The translations under genes were made by a program, and so were the position numbers. Positions 41,639-49,155 of a stretch of 64,000 nt of DNA are shown here, piece by piece. Source of the DNA: an uncultured Clostridia bacterium (GTDB lineage: Bacteria > Bacillota > Clostridia > TANB77 > CAG-508). Every line of letters starts with the position of its first letter. Within the stretch, counting starts at the first letter, position 1. The notes beneath the pieces are model-generated. The model saw nothing but the letters and a program-made list of their open reading frames with translations. It was not told the DNA's origin and searched no databases. The stretch is from the NCBI GenBank assembly GCA_934120135.1, contig CAKOTK010000003.1, positions 8,746-72,745 of the forward strand. Direction: 5' to 3'.

Positions 41639-42476
41639 TTATTTTATCATGTTCGAACAGAAGGCAGTTCACATTTAATGTGAGCTGTCTTTTGCATATA
41701 ATTAATTATATTATAAAGTTTTAGAGCGGGAGAGAGATAGTTTAGAATAATAGTATTCTTTCAGTAGGGAATAGAGGAATAGATTGTTTTTAGAAAGGTA
41801 TAAAAATAGAAATTTAAAATATTAAAATGAATTTTAAAACGGAAAAATAAATATATGAAAAATTTATTCTACTAAAGCAAAAATGAAACTAAAATTTGAA
41901 GTTAAAAATTTTTGTGTAAAATTAAATTTTTAATATATATTTTTATAAGTGAACATTAAATTCTTTGTATAAATATTATATAATTTAAATTCACAAATCC
42001 ATAATATAATTTTATAATTATGATACATTAAAATCCATTTTAAGACACTTTTATATTTAATTAAACAAGTTTAATGTGCAAATTTATAGGTCTAGTGTTT
42101 ATTATATAATTTTCAGTAGTTTTAATACTTTTAAAAAAGTGTTAAAAAAATAACGCTCTAAAATCGATTTTAAGGCGTTTTTATTTTTTAGACAACAAGT
42201 TATATGTCTAAAAAATAGCTTAATATTGAAGATATAAGCAGTAAGCAAATATTTATAAAAAAGTTATACAATTTAGATAAAAATATATAATGACAAAATA
42301 TTTGAAATGAAATTATATGAATAAAAATTCTAAAAGGCTTAGAATCGATTTTAGAAGGTCAAAAATAAGTAAGTAATAGATAAGATTATAAATATAATAA
42401 ATAGAATATAAAACGATTGTATTATAATAATGGAGATAATAGCTAAAAGTAGCAGGAGAGGAGCTGTATTGCATAT

Positions 42477-42519
42477 ATAAGCAAATTTCCCTCCACTCAA
42501 TTGCACAAAACTTTGATTT
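42477..42519. repeat. left copy of prophage-flanking direct repeat (att core candidate)
   Basis: 'ataagcaaatttccctccactcaattgcacaaaactttgattt' differs at 3 positions from 49050-49092. Confidence 0.65.
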
Positions 42520-42739
42520 GGCCTTGTTTTGGTTATATATACAGTTATTGGAAAAAATGGATGTAATAATTGTTATTATTTAATTTTAGTAAAATAAAAA
42601 AGTAACACAAAAATTGATTTTATGTTACTAATGTTCGAATTTAACTCATATATAATTATAAATATAAAAAAATAATAGCTTTTAATGTTATAAAATGGTA
42701 TTAAAGGCTATTATTTTACTCTTGATTACATAATATTGG

Positions 42740-43021
42740 TTATTCTTGGTCGTTTCTTATATCTTCAATCATATTATAAATATCTAGTTTCATTTTCATT
42801 TCTTCTACTTTACATTGTTTGTTAATATAATATAAATATCCAAATAAAATTCCAATTAACGCTGCAATTGCTATTACTTTTATTATATCTGTTTTAAATA
42901 TAAAATGATTTAGTAATATAGATATAACTATTATTAAAACAAATAATCCTACTGTTTTTATTTCTATAATTCCTTCTAGTGTTTTTATCTTATTATAATA
43001 TAATCTTTTATCAAATAACAT
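42740..43021 (-). CDS. small two-TM membrane protein co-transcribed with the repressor
   Basis: 93 aa, lying 12 nt downstream of the XRE gene. Confidence 0.5.
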   Translation of the reverse strand: MLFDKRLYYNKIKTLEGIIEIKTVGLFVLIIVISILLNHFIFKTDIIKVIAIAALIGILFGYLYYINKQCKVEEMKMKLDIYNMIEDIRNDQE

Positions 43022-43033
43022 TTTAAATTCTCC

Positions 43034-43243
43034 TTATTCTTTTGTTTGTATTGCGATTTTTCTTATATGTTCTCCAATTTCTTCATTTGTCATATCTAGT
43101 GCTATTACTATTTTTGCATAGTTGCTTATCTTAGGTGTTACTAAATCGTTTTCTATTCTAAATATTGTTTTTCTATCTATACCAGAAATGTCTGCTAGTT
43201 TTTCTTGTGTTATTTTTTTTCTTTCTCTGTATTCTCTTAACAT
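43034..43243 (-). CDS. XRE-family helix-turn-helix repressor
   Basis: 'LREYRERKKITQEKLADISGIDRKTIFRIEND' is a canonical Cro/C1 HTH. Confidence 0.85.
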   Translation of the reverse strand: MLREYRERKKITQEKLADISGIDRKTIFRIENDLVTPKISNYAKIVIALDMTNEEIGEHIRKIAIQTKE

Positions 43244-43290
43244 TTAACTCACCTTCTTATATATTTTATAAAAATTTTTTTAAAAAGTCA

Positions 43291-43345
43291 TTGACATTTA
43301 TGCCCCATTTTGTTATATTATTGTTGTGAGGCAAATATGCCCCAT
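43291..43345 (+). promoter_or_regulatory. rightward phage promoter with two 'tatgccccat' operator-like repeats
   Basis: 'ttgaca'-17-'tatatt'. The decamer occurs at 43299-43308 (inside the spacer) and at 43336-43345. Confidence 0.5.
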
Positions 43346-43432
43346 AAACTATCCTAAATTATAGTGGTGTCATACGGGGGTTACCGACTTTGCCCCCAAG
43401 TATGCTTTTAAAATTAAAGGAAGGTGTTTTTT

Positions 43433-43654
43433 ATGGAGGATAGATTAGGATTAACAGAAGAGGAAATCGCAGATGTTGTTTACATTTTAAGTAATAGAAA
43501 AGAAGAGTTACTTAATAAAGTGCTATTTTATAATAGTATGATAAAAGACAATTGTGTTAAAAGACTAGATATGTTGACAAATGTTATTACTAGTGTAAAT
43601 GCTGAAATATTAAAAATAGATTTAATTATTATGAAATTAAAAAAATTATTATAA
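43433..43654 (+). CDS. phage hypothetical protein (73 aa)
   Basis: 'ggaaggtg' SD 6 nt upstream of the ATG. Confidence 0.5.
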   Translation: MEDRLGLTEEEIADVVYILSNRKEELLNKVLFYNSMIKDNCVKRLDMLTNVITSVNAEILKIDLIIMKLKKLL

Positions 43655-43671
43655 AGGAAGGTGTAAAAAAT

Positions 43672-43965
43672 ATGAAATGTGAAGGAAATGTAGTATTTAA
43701 AAGTATTGAAAAGAGAGAGGGTGGCAGTTTTAAAAATCCAAATGGAGAAGTGGTGAATTATGAACCAGCTTATGTTGTGAGATTTGACGAAAATGCAGAT
43801 GGAAAAATTAGCGAAAGAAAAGCAAAGTTCGCACATACAAATGTTACTTTATATACTAAATTTAAAACATTAGAGCCATATGCTAAAATTAACTTAATAG
43901 GTAATGTTGTTTTTCAAAACTCTGGCTGCAAATTAGAAATACTTGATTTTAATGTTATTAAATAG
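43672..43965 (+). CDS. phage protein, positional candidate for ssDNA-binding (gene V-like) protein
   Basis: 97 aa and beta-rich, located immediately upstream of the coat-like gene. The function is inferred from position only. Confidence 0.4.
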   Translation: MKCEGNVVFKSIEKREGGSFKNPNGEVVNYEPAYVVRFDENADGKISERKAKFAHTNVTLYTKFKTLEPYAKINLIGNVVFQNSGCKLEILDFNVIK

Positions 43966-44006
43966 AAATATTTAATATAAAAAATACTTAAGAAAGGGGA
44001 ATGGTT

Positions 44007-44207
44007 ATGGAGAATACTGTTTCAAATGCCTTAGATTTTAGTGCTATTAGTACAGCTTTGACAACTGCAGTTACGCCAGCGCAAATAATTACTATTATAG
44101 CAAGTATTATTGGTGTAGGAATGACTTTCGTTCTAATGTGGTTCGGCGTAAGAAAACTTGTTTCTATATTTAGAAAAGCCGTTACTAAAGGTAAAATTTC
44201 TGTTTAA
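44007..44207 (+). CDS. inovirus major coat protein-like (66 aa)
   Basis: Amphipathic N-terminus, TM 'IITIIASIIGVGMTFVLMWFGV' and basic C-terminus 'RKLVSIFRKAVTKGK'. Followed by GC-rich hairpins. Confidence 0.55.
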   Translation: MENTVSNALDFSAISTALTTAVTPAQIITIIASIIGVGMTFVLMWFGVRKLVSIFRKAVTKGKISV

Positions 44208-44366
44208 TTTAATGATTAAAAGTCGGGTGTTGTGGGGGGATTTTATCTCCCTATTTTTATATTAAAAGGGCTAGTAGTTTAAAGTGGTAGAATATCAAGG
44301 TTTAAGTACTGTTGAGAAGATGAGAGTTCAACTCTCTCCTGGTTCTTGTTTTGTATGGGGGATTTT

Positions 44367-44537
44367 ATGGAATTTTGGTTGAATTTTTTAAATTTTGTAA
44401 TTGTAGTTTTATATGGTTTAATGTTTTTTAAGTTGTTAAATGTTTTAGGTGAAAAAAATATATTGAATGATGACGATATACATTGTGTTTCTTCTTTTTC
44501 TTTTGAACATAAACAATATTTGAAGAAAAAAATATAA
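44367..44537 (+). CDS. phage small TM protein (56 aa)
   Basis: 'ggggga' SD 4 nt upstream. Translation begins MEFWLNFLNFVIVVLYGLMFFKLL... Confidence 0.4.
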   Translation: MEFWLNFLNFVIVVLYGLMFFKLLNVLGEKNILNDDDIHCVSSFSFEHKQYLKKKI

Positions 44538-44561
44538 GAAATAACTTGAAAGGGGAATTTT

Positions 44562-44717
44562 ATGTGGAATATGTTAGCTATAATAAAAAGAATTATGAGA
44601 AAATTGATTTACAAGATAAGAAAAATTATAAATGCTTTGAACATTACCTCAGGTGCTGTTCTCAAAACTATAATGATTTTCTTAATAATTATTTTGTTGT
44701 TGAGGGGGGTGTTTTAA
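44562..44717 (+). CDS. phage small TM protein (51 aa), not in the ORF track
   Basis: 'aagggga' SD 5 nt upstream. Hand-translated as MWNMLAIIKRIMRKLIYKIRKIINALNITSGAVLKTIMIFLIIILLLRGVF. Preferred over the overlapping track ORF 44546-44752. Confidence 0.4.
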   Translation: MWNMLAIIKRIMRKLIYKIRKIINALNITSGAVLKTIMIFLIIILLLRGVF

Positions 44718-44720
44718 CAA

Positions 44721-45446
44721 ATGAGTTTAAATTTGTCGATGTTAGAAGGTAGTTTAAATCCTAAAAATATATTTAAAACTATTAAACATAATATTAAATT
44801 TGCAAGAGAGCATCCTGATTATTTTGACCCAGATGGCTTACTTGTTTTTTGTGGTCCTCAGGGCTCTGGAAAAACTTTGTCTGCTGTTCAATATGTTAGA
44901 AAATTGTGTATTGAATATCCTAGAGCTATTCTTTGTACTAATTGTAAGATAAATAATCTCCCAGCACATACTGCAGTTGTACCCTATGACGGTATAGAAA
45001 GTCTCACAAAATATGAAAACGGAGAATTCGGGGTTATCTATTTTATTGACGAGATACATTTAGAATTTAATTCTTTGGAAAGTAAAAATATTCCTATTGA
45101 GGTTATGGTTGAGATTTCGCAACAAAGAAAGCAGAGGAAACATATTGTAGGTACTTCTCAAGTTTATACTAGAATGGCTAAACCTCTAAGAGAACAAATT
45201 AAGAATGTGGTTATTTGTAAAAAATGGCTTAATTGTATTCAATTTAATAGATTAGTTGATGGCGAGAGTTCTCACGAAGTTGATGGAGAACTTAAATTTG
45301 ACACAAGTAAAGTATGTTTATGGTTTCACTCGCCTGAACTTTATAATTGTTATGATACTTATGCAAAAATGAAGAGGTATCGTAAAGAATGGAATGGAGT
45401 TTCAAGACAAAATTTATATGAAGGGGGGAATAGTAATGGATTTTAG
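44721..45446 (+). CDS. Zot / pI-like inovirus assembly ATPase
   Basis: Walker A 'FCGPQGSGKTLSA' and Walker B 'IYFIDEIH'. Confidence 0.75.
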   Translation: MSLNLSMLEGSLNPKNIFKTIKHNIKFAREHPDYFDPDGLLVFCGPQGSGKTLSAVQYVRKLCIEYPRAILCTNCKINNLPAHTAVVPYDGIESLTKYENGEFGVIYFIDEIHLEFNSLESKNIPIEVMVEISQQRKQRKHIVGTSQVYTRMAKPLREQIKNVVICKKWLNCIQFNRLVDGESSHEVDGELKFDTSKVCLWFHSPELYNCYDTYAKMKRYRKEWNGVSRQNLYEGGNSNGF

Positions 45447-45570
45447 TACAGTTATACCACTTGCCGCAGATGTTTTAAAGGCTGCTTTGCCTTTAGGTAT
45501 AGTTTTTGTTTTAACTGAGCGACTTACTCAAATGTTTTTAAATTTAGCTTTCCCAAAAAGTAATAAGTAG
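45436..45570 (+). CDS. phage small TM protein (44 aa), not in the ORF track
   Basis: 'aagggggga' SD. Hand-translated as MDFSTVIPLAADVLKAALPLGIVFVLTERLTQMFLNLAFPKSNK. Confidence 0.4.
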   Translation: MDFSTVIPLAADVLKAALPLGIVFVLTERLTQMFLNLAFPKSNK

Positions 45571-45581
45571 GGGGAATTATT

Positions 45582-45737
45582 ATGGATTATAGTGTTGTTT
45601 TAAATGAAATAAATAATAATCAAGCTTTAATTTTAGAAAAGCTTATTAATATTGATAAAGGAATTGCAGTTGTTGTTTTTTTACTGGGGGTTTCTCTTAT
45701 TTATATTTTTGCTGGAAATCTTACAAAGGTTAAATAG
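45582..45737 (+). CDS. phage small TM protein (51 aa), not in the ORF track
   Basis: 'ggggga' SD. Hand-translated as MDYSVVLNEINNNQALILEKLINIDKGIAVVVFLLGVSLIYIFAGNLTKVK. Confidence 0.4.
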   Translation: MDYSVVLNEINNNQALILEKLINIDKGIAVVVFLLGVSLIYIFAGNLTKVK

Positions 45738-45746
45738 GTGTAATTT

Positions 45747-47246
45747 ATGAAAAATAAAATTTTATTAAGTTTATTATTTGTTGTGTTTTTTATTTTATTA
45801 ATAAGTGTTTTTGATACAGTGAGTGCTAGTAGTAGTACTTTTGATTATAATGGTAAAACTTATGAATATCCTACTAATTATTTTTTTGATTATAGTGTTA
45901 TTGTTTATTGGTATACTGATAATAATGGTAATTGTGTTTTTTTGGCTTTTTCTTCTAATAAAGCTTTTTATTGTAAGAATGTTGATGTTGTTGGAGAAAA
46001 TATTTTGCATGTTCCACCTGATACGTCTTTTAATAAGATGTATTTAATATATGATAATGAAAATACAGATGTTTCTTCTCCTTCGGTTACTGTTTATAAT
46101 AGATCTTCAGGAGATAGTGAGGTTTATCTTAGCACTGATATTGCTCTTTTTGGTGCATTGCGTGTTAAGTCGTTAGAGGAAAGGTGTGTATATTGTAGTC
46201 ACGATATTTGTAATGTTGATGGGTCTGTTTTATTCAGTAGTACGGTTGAGGTTGTTGATTTAAATCTTACTGTTACGCCAGATTATGATACGAAGGATGT
46301 GCCTATTAAGATTAGTACTGATTTTTATAGTCTAAAGGTTTTTGAAGATATTTTGGTTCAATATAGTACTAATCAACAAGATTGGGAAACTTGTAAGTGG
46401 GGTAGAATTACAGATGGTAATAGTTCTAATAATGGAAAATATAATTTTTATTTAGATGTGTATCGTAATGGAACTTATTATTTTCGTCTTTGGAATGCTG
46501 CAGATAATACATATATATATAAAACTGTTGTTATTAGTAATATTGTTTATAGTCCAGACGATGTCAATAACTATGTAAATGGTGTTTTTGATCCAACGCC
46601 TTTTTTAACTTATGAATATATAAATGATAATAAAATAAATATAATAACTCAAAAATTTTTTATTGACCAAATCATTGATTTGCAATGTTTTTACGCAAAA
46701 GATATAAGCAAAGAAGATTATAATAAAAAAGAAAAATGGACTAAAGTAGAGGCTAGAACTATGATTGACCAGCTTACTCAAAGAGATGTATATCAGTTTT
46801 GTTTTGAGGTAGATAATAATACTTTTGATGCCGATGGTACTTATACGGTTTGCTTTTGGAATGTGTTTCTTGATAAATATACTTATAGCGAGATAGTCAT
46901 AGATTTCGACGAAATTTTGAAAGTTGATGGTTCTATGATTTGGAAATATGTTCATTTTTTTAAGGAACGTTTTGGCTTTTTAATATATCCATTTGACTTA
47001 ACTGTAAATACTCTTAAGAGAATAGCAGCAATAAATTATGGCGAACCAAAATTTAATATTCCAGATATTTATGAGCCTACAACAAATAAAAAATTAATAT
47101 CTGCAGTTACTTTTAATTTTAATGACTATTTAGAAAATAATACTTTTAAGACAGTTCATAATACTTATTTAATTATAGTAGACGCGGTAATTATTTTTGC
47201 TCTTTTAAATTTAGCTTGGAAGAAGATTTCGGGGGTGTTTAAATAA
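45747..47246 (+). CDS. pIII-like secreted minor coat / adsorption protein candidate
   Basis: Signal peptide 'LLSLLFVVFFILLISVFDTVSA' and a C-terminal TM anchor 'IIVDAVIIFALLNLAW'. It is the largest phage ORF. Confidence 0.5.
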   Translation: MKNKILLSLLFVVFFILLISVFDTVSASSSTFDYNGKTYEYPTNYFFDYSVIVYWYTDNNGNCVFLAFSSNKAFYCKNVDVVGENILHVPPDTSFNKMYLIYDNENTDVSSPSVTVYNRSSGDSEVYLSTDIALFGALRVKSLEERCVYCSHDICNVDGSVLFSSTVEVVDLNLTVTPDYDTKDVPIKISTDFYSLKVFEDILVQYSTNQQDWETCKWGRITDGNSSNNGKYNFYLDVYRNGTYYFRLWNAADNTYIYKTVVISNIVYSPDDVNNYVNGVFDPTPFLTYEYINDNKINIITQKFFIDQIIDLQCFYAKDISKEDYNKKEKWTKVEARTMIDQLTQRDVYQFCFEVDNNTFDADGTYTVCFWNVFLDKYTYSEIVIDFDEILKVDGSMIWKYVHFFKERFGFLIYPFDLTVNTLKRIAAINYGEPKFNIPDIYEPTTNKKLISAVTFNFNDYLENNTFKTVHNTYLIIVDAVIIFALLNLAWKKISGVFK

Positions 47247-47551
47247 TGGGTGGTAGAGAAGGGATAGATTGGTTTAGTGGTTTTTTTGATAATATAAGCG
47301 AAGGGTTATATAAAATAATACAATTTGCGTTTGGCTGGATTAACATTCCTCAAATGCCAACTGAGATTACAAATTCGATAGATAGTTTTTTAAATTTAAT
47401 TTTTGATAATTTAAGTTTATTAGGTTTTTTTGTTAGACCAATGACTTTGAAAATAGTAATACCTGTTTTGATAATACTTTTGAATTTTGATTTAATTTAT
47501 AAAATTGTGATGTGGCTGGTACATAAAATTCCATTTTTTAATATTAAATAG
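47246..47551 (+). CDS. phage membrane protein (pVI-like position)
   Basis: 101 aa and hydrophobic, with start/stop overlap with the upstream gene. Confidence 0.5.
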   Translation: MGGREGIDWFSGFFDNISEGLYKIIQFAFGWINIPQMPTEITNSIDSFLNLIFDNLSLLGFFVRPMTLKIVIPVLIILLNFDLIYKIVMWLVHKIPFFNIK

Positions 47552-47559
47552 TATTATTT

Positions 47560-47850
47560 GTTAGTGAATAGTTCTTACAGCGCTAGCTCTGTTATGCGGG
47601 GGTTGCCTATTTTCCGTTCAGGAAAATAGGCAAGAGGGGGATAGTCCCCCTAAAGAATAGCCGAACGGCGCTTGAGTGGGAAAAAAGAAAAAAGTAAAAA
47701 TCCCGCTCTATCTAACAAGCGGGATTTTTGGTCATATTTGGCCATTATTTTTACTCGAAAAATTAAGGAAACGGCTGTTGCTCTAAGGTAAAAGTCGGGT
47801 TTACCGGTAAAATTGAGCTAATTTCCAATTTTTAGTAAAAATTTAAAGCC
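47560..47850 (+). other. phage intergenic region rich in GC hairpins (candidate origin / packaging signal)
   Basis: Perfect 13-bp hairpin 'ttgcctattttcc gttca ggaaaataggcaa', then 'ggggg atagt ccccc', then the 12-bp 'aaaaatcccgct...agcgggattttt'. Confidence 0.5.
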
Positions 47851-47862
47851 GGAGTGATAAAA

Positions 47863-48777
47863 ATGGACATTGAAAATTTGTATAATGAGAAAAAACAAGA
47901 ACATAATAATATGACTTATAGTATTGATATGCTTAGACTGAAAACTTATATATCATATAGCAAATTTAGTCAACTTGAATTTAGATTTAAGACTTGCTGG
48001 AAGGATTTTGTTAAAAAGGAATTTTGTTCTTCTAAGATAAGCAACTTTTTTTATAACTATGTTATAACTGACGAAGCAGACAATAGTTTTTGGGTAGGCT
48101 TTTTACATAATACGGAGAAAAGACAAGGGGAAGTTATTTCTAGATTTGGAAGAGTAGTGGAGGACACTTATAATTTAACAATAGAATTTAATCCTAATAA
48201 ACTAAAGAAAAATGACATAATATTTTATATTTTATCTCTAGGTGAGGATTGGTATATAAAGTCATTTGATTTAGCAATAGATTTAAAGATAAGTATATTA
48301 GATTTAATATGGGACTTATCTGGAAGGTCGCTCGAGAAAATAGACAATAGGGGTTATGACAAGAAAACTATTTATATAGGCAAAGGCGACGGGAGAATTA
48401 AAATATATAACAAAAAACAAGAAAGTTCGCTTAATATAGTGGGAGAATTAACAAGAATAGAAATCAGTAGAGAATTAGAAGATTTTGAAGTTAGAAGAAT
48501 TAAGTATTATGAGTATGATAACATCTTCCCTACTATTTATACTAATAATTATATATACAGCTTAGGCGACTACAAAGATAAAACACTTTTAGGACTGTTA
48601 TATGCTGTACAGAATGGTTTTCCGTTAAGAGATTTAACAAAAACTTATAGAGCTAAAATAAAAAAGCTTCTGCAAGGTGGCTATAAAATAAAATTTGATA
48701 ATAATACAGTAACTCATTTATTAAAACAAATAATTTTTTATTATTTTGTTGGTTTTAGTAATATTCATTGGTGTTGA
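47863..48777 (+). CDS. rolling-circle replication initiator, Rep_trans family
   Basis: 'RGYDKKTIYIGKGDGRIKIYNKKQE...LTRIEISRE' matches the YDK / RxE pattern of Rep_trans proteins. Confidence 0.75.
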   Translation: MDIENLYNEKKQEHNNMTYSIDMLRLKTYISYSKFSQLEFRFKTCWKDFVKKEFCSSKISNFFYNYVITDEADNSFWVGFLHNTEKRQGEVISRFGRVVEDTYNLTIEFNPNKLKKNDIIFYILSLGEDWYIKSFDLAIDLKISILDLIWDLSGRSLEKIDNRGYDKKTIYIGKGDGRIKIYNKKQESSLNIVGELTRIEISRELEDFEVRRIKYYEYDNIFPTIYTNNYIYSLGDYKDKTLLGLLYAVQNGFPLRDLTKTYRAKIKKLLQGGYKIKFDNNTVTHLLKQIIFYYFVGFSNIHWC

Positions 48778-49049
48778 TAAAAAACAAAGCAAATAAATCG
48801 ATTTTAAGACGTTTTTATATTTTAGATAACAAGTTATATGTCTATAAATATAATATAATATCTAAAATATAATTATAAAGTAAATATTCATAAAAAATAT
48901 ATTAACTGTATAATAAAATAATATTGGGAATAAAATTATATGAACAAATTATAAAAATGTCTTAAAATTGATTTTATGAGTTTAAAAAGATGTAATATAT
49001 GTAACGACTAAAATGTAGGAGAGGATATTTGTAACAATACATAAGCAAA

Positions 49050-49092
49050 TTTGCCTCTACTCAATTGCGCAAAACTTTGATTTTGTGCAATT
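49050..49092. repeat. right copy of prophage-flanking direct repeat
   Basis: 'ataagcaaatttgcctctactcaattgcgcaaaactttgattt'. Here it continues into the hairpin 'ttgcgcaaaa...ttttgtgcaa', downstream of rho. Confidence 0.65.
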
Positions 49093-49155
49093 ATATATTT
49101 ATATTTTAAGGCATCTCCTCTATATGCCCTAAAATATAAATATATAACAATTGTC

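Larger units (their letters stand above)
42477..49092 (+). mobile_element. integrated filamentous (Inoviridae-like) prophage, about 6.6 kb
   Basis: Contains Rep_trans, a Zot/pI ATPase, a coat-like 66-aa protein, multiple tiny TM proteins and a pIII-like protein. Also has a hairpin-rich intergenic region and a divergent XRE repressor, and is flanked by direct repeats 6573 bp apart. No capsid, tail, lysis or integrase genes. Confidence 0.7.

Noticed and set aside
42477-42519. The att core as a dif site used by XerCD (CTX-phi style)
   Set aside because: The 43-bp core lacks the 11-6-11 imperfect palindrome layout of dif sites and does not resemble the Bacillus dif sequence I recall. Xer involvement remains speculation, so it is mentioned only as a possibility.
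41700-42740. AT-rich repeat-containing region considered as a CRISPR array or a rRNA/tRNA cluster remnant
   Set aside because: The repeats are not regularly spaced, are not of uniform length and are diverged. No cas genes are nearby. They are better explained as duplicated phage end sequence.
44546-44752. 68-aa track ORF (MKGEFYVEYVSYNKK...)
   Set aside because: It has a TTG start and no SD, and it overlaps the Zot gene start. An alternative frame gives a 51-aa TM protein with the same 'gggga-tttt-ATG' initiation context as the neighbouring phage genes.
45798-46955. Track ORFs 45798-46010(-), 45823-46047(+) and 46605-46955(-) inside the pIII-like gene
   Set aside because: They are alternative-frame or antisense ORFs of low-complexity I/L/F/N composition inside a longer, SD-preceded ORF.
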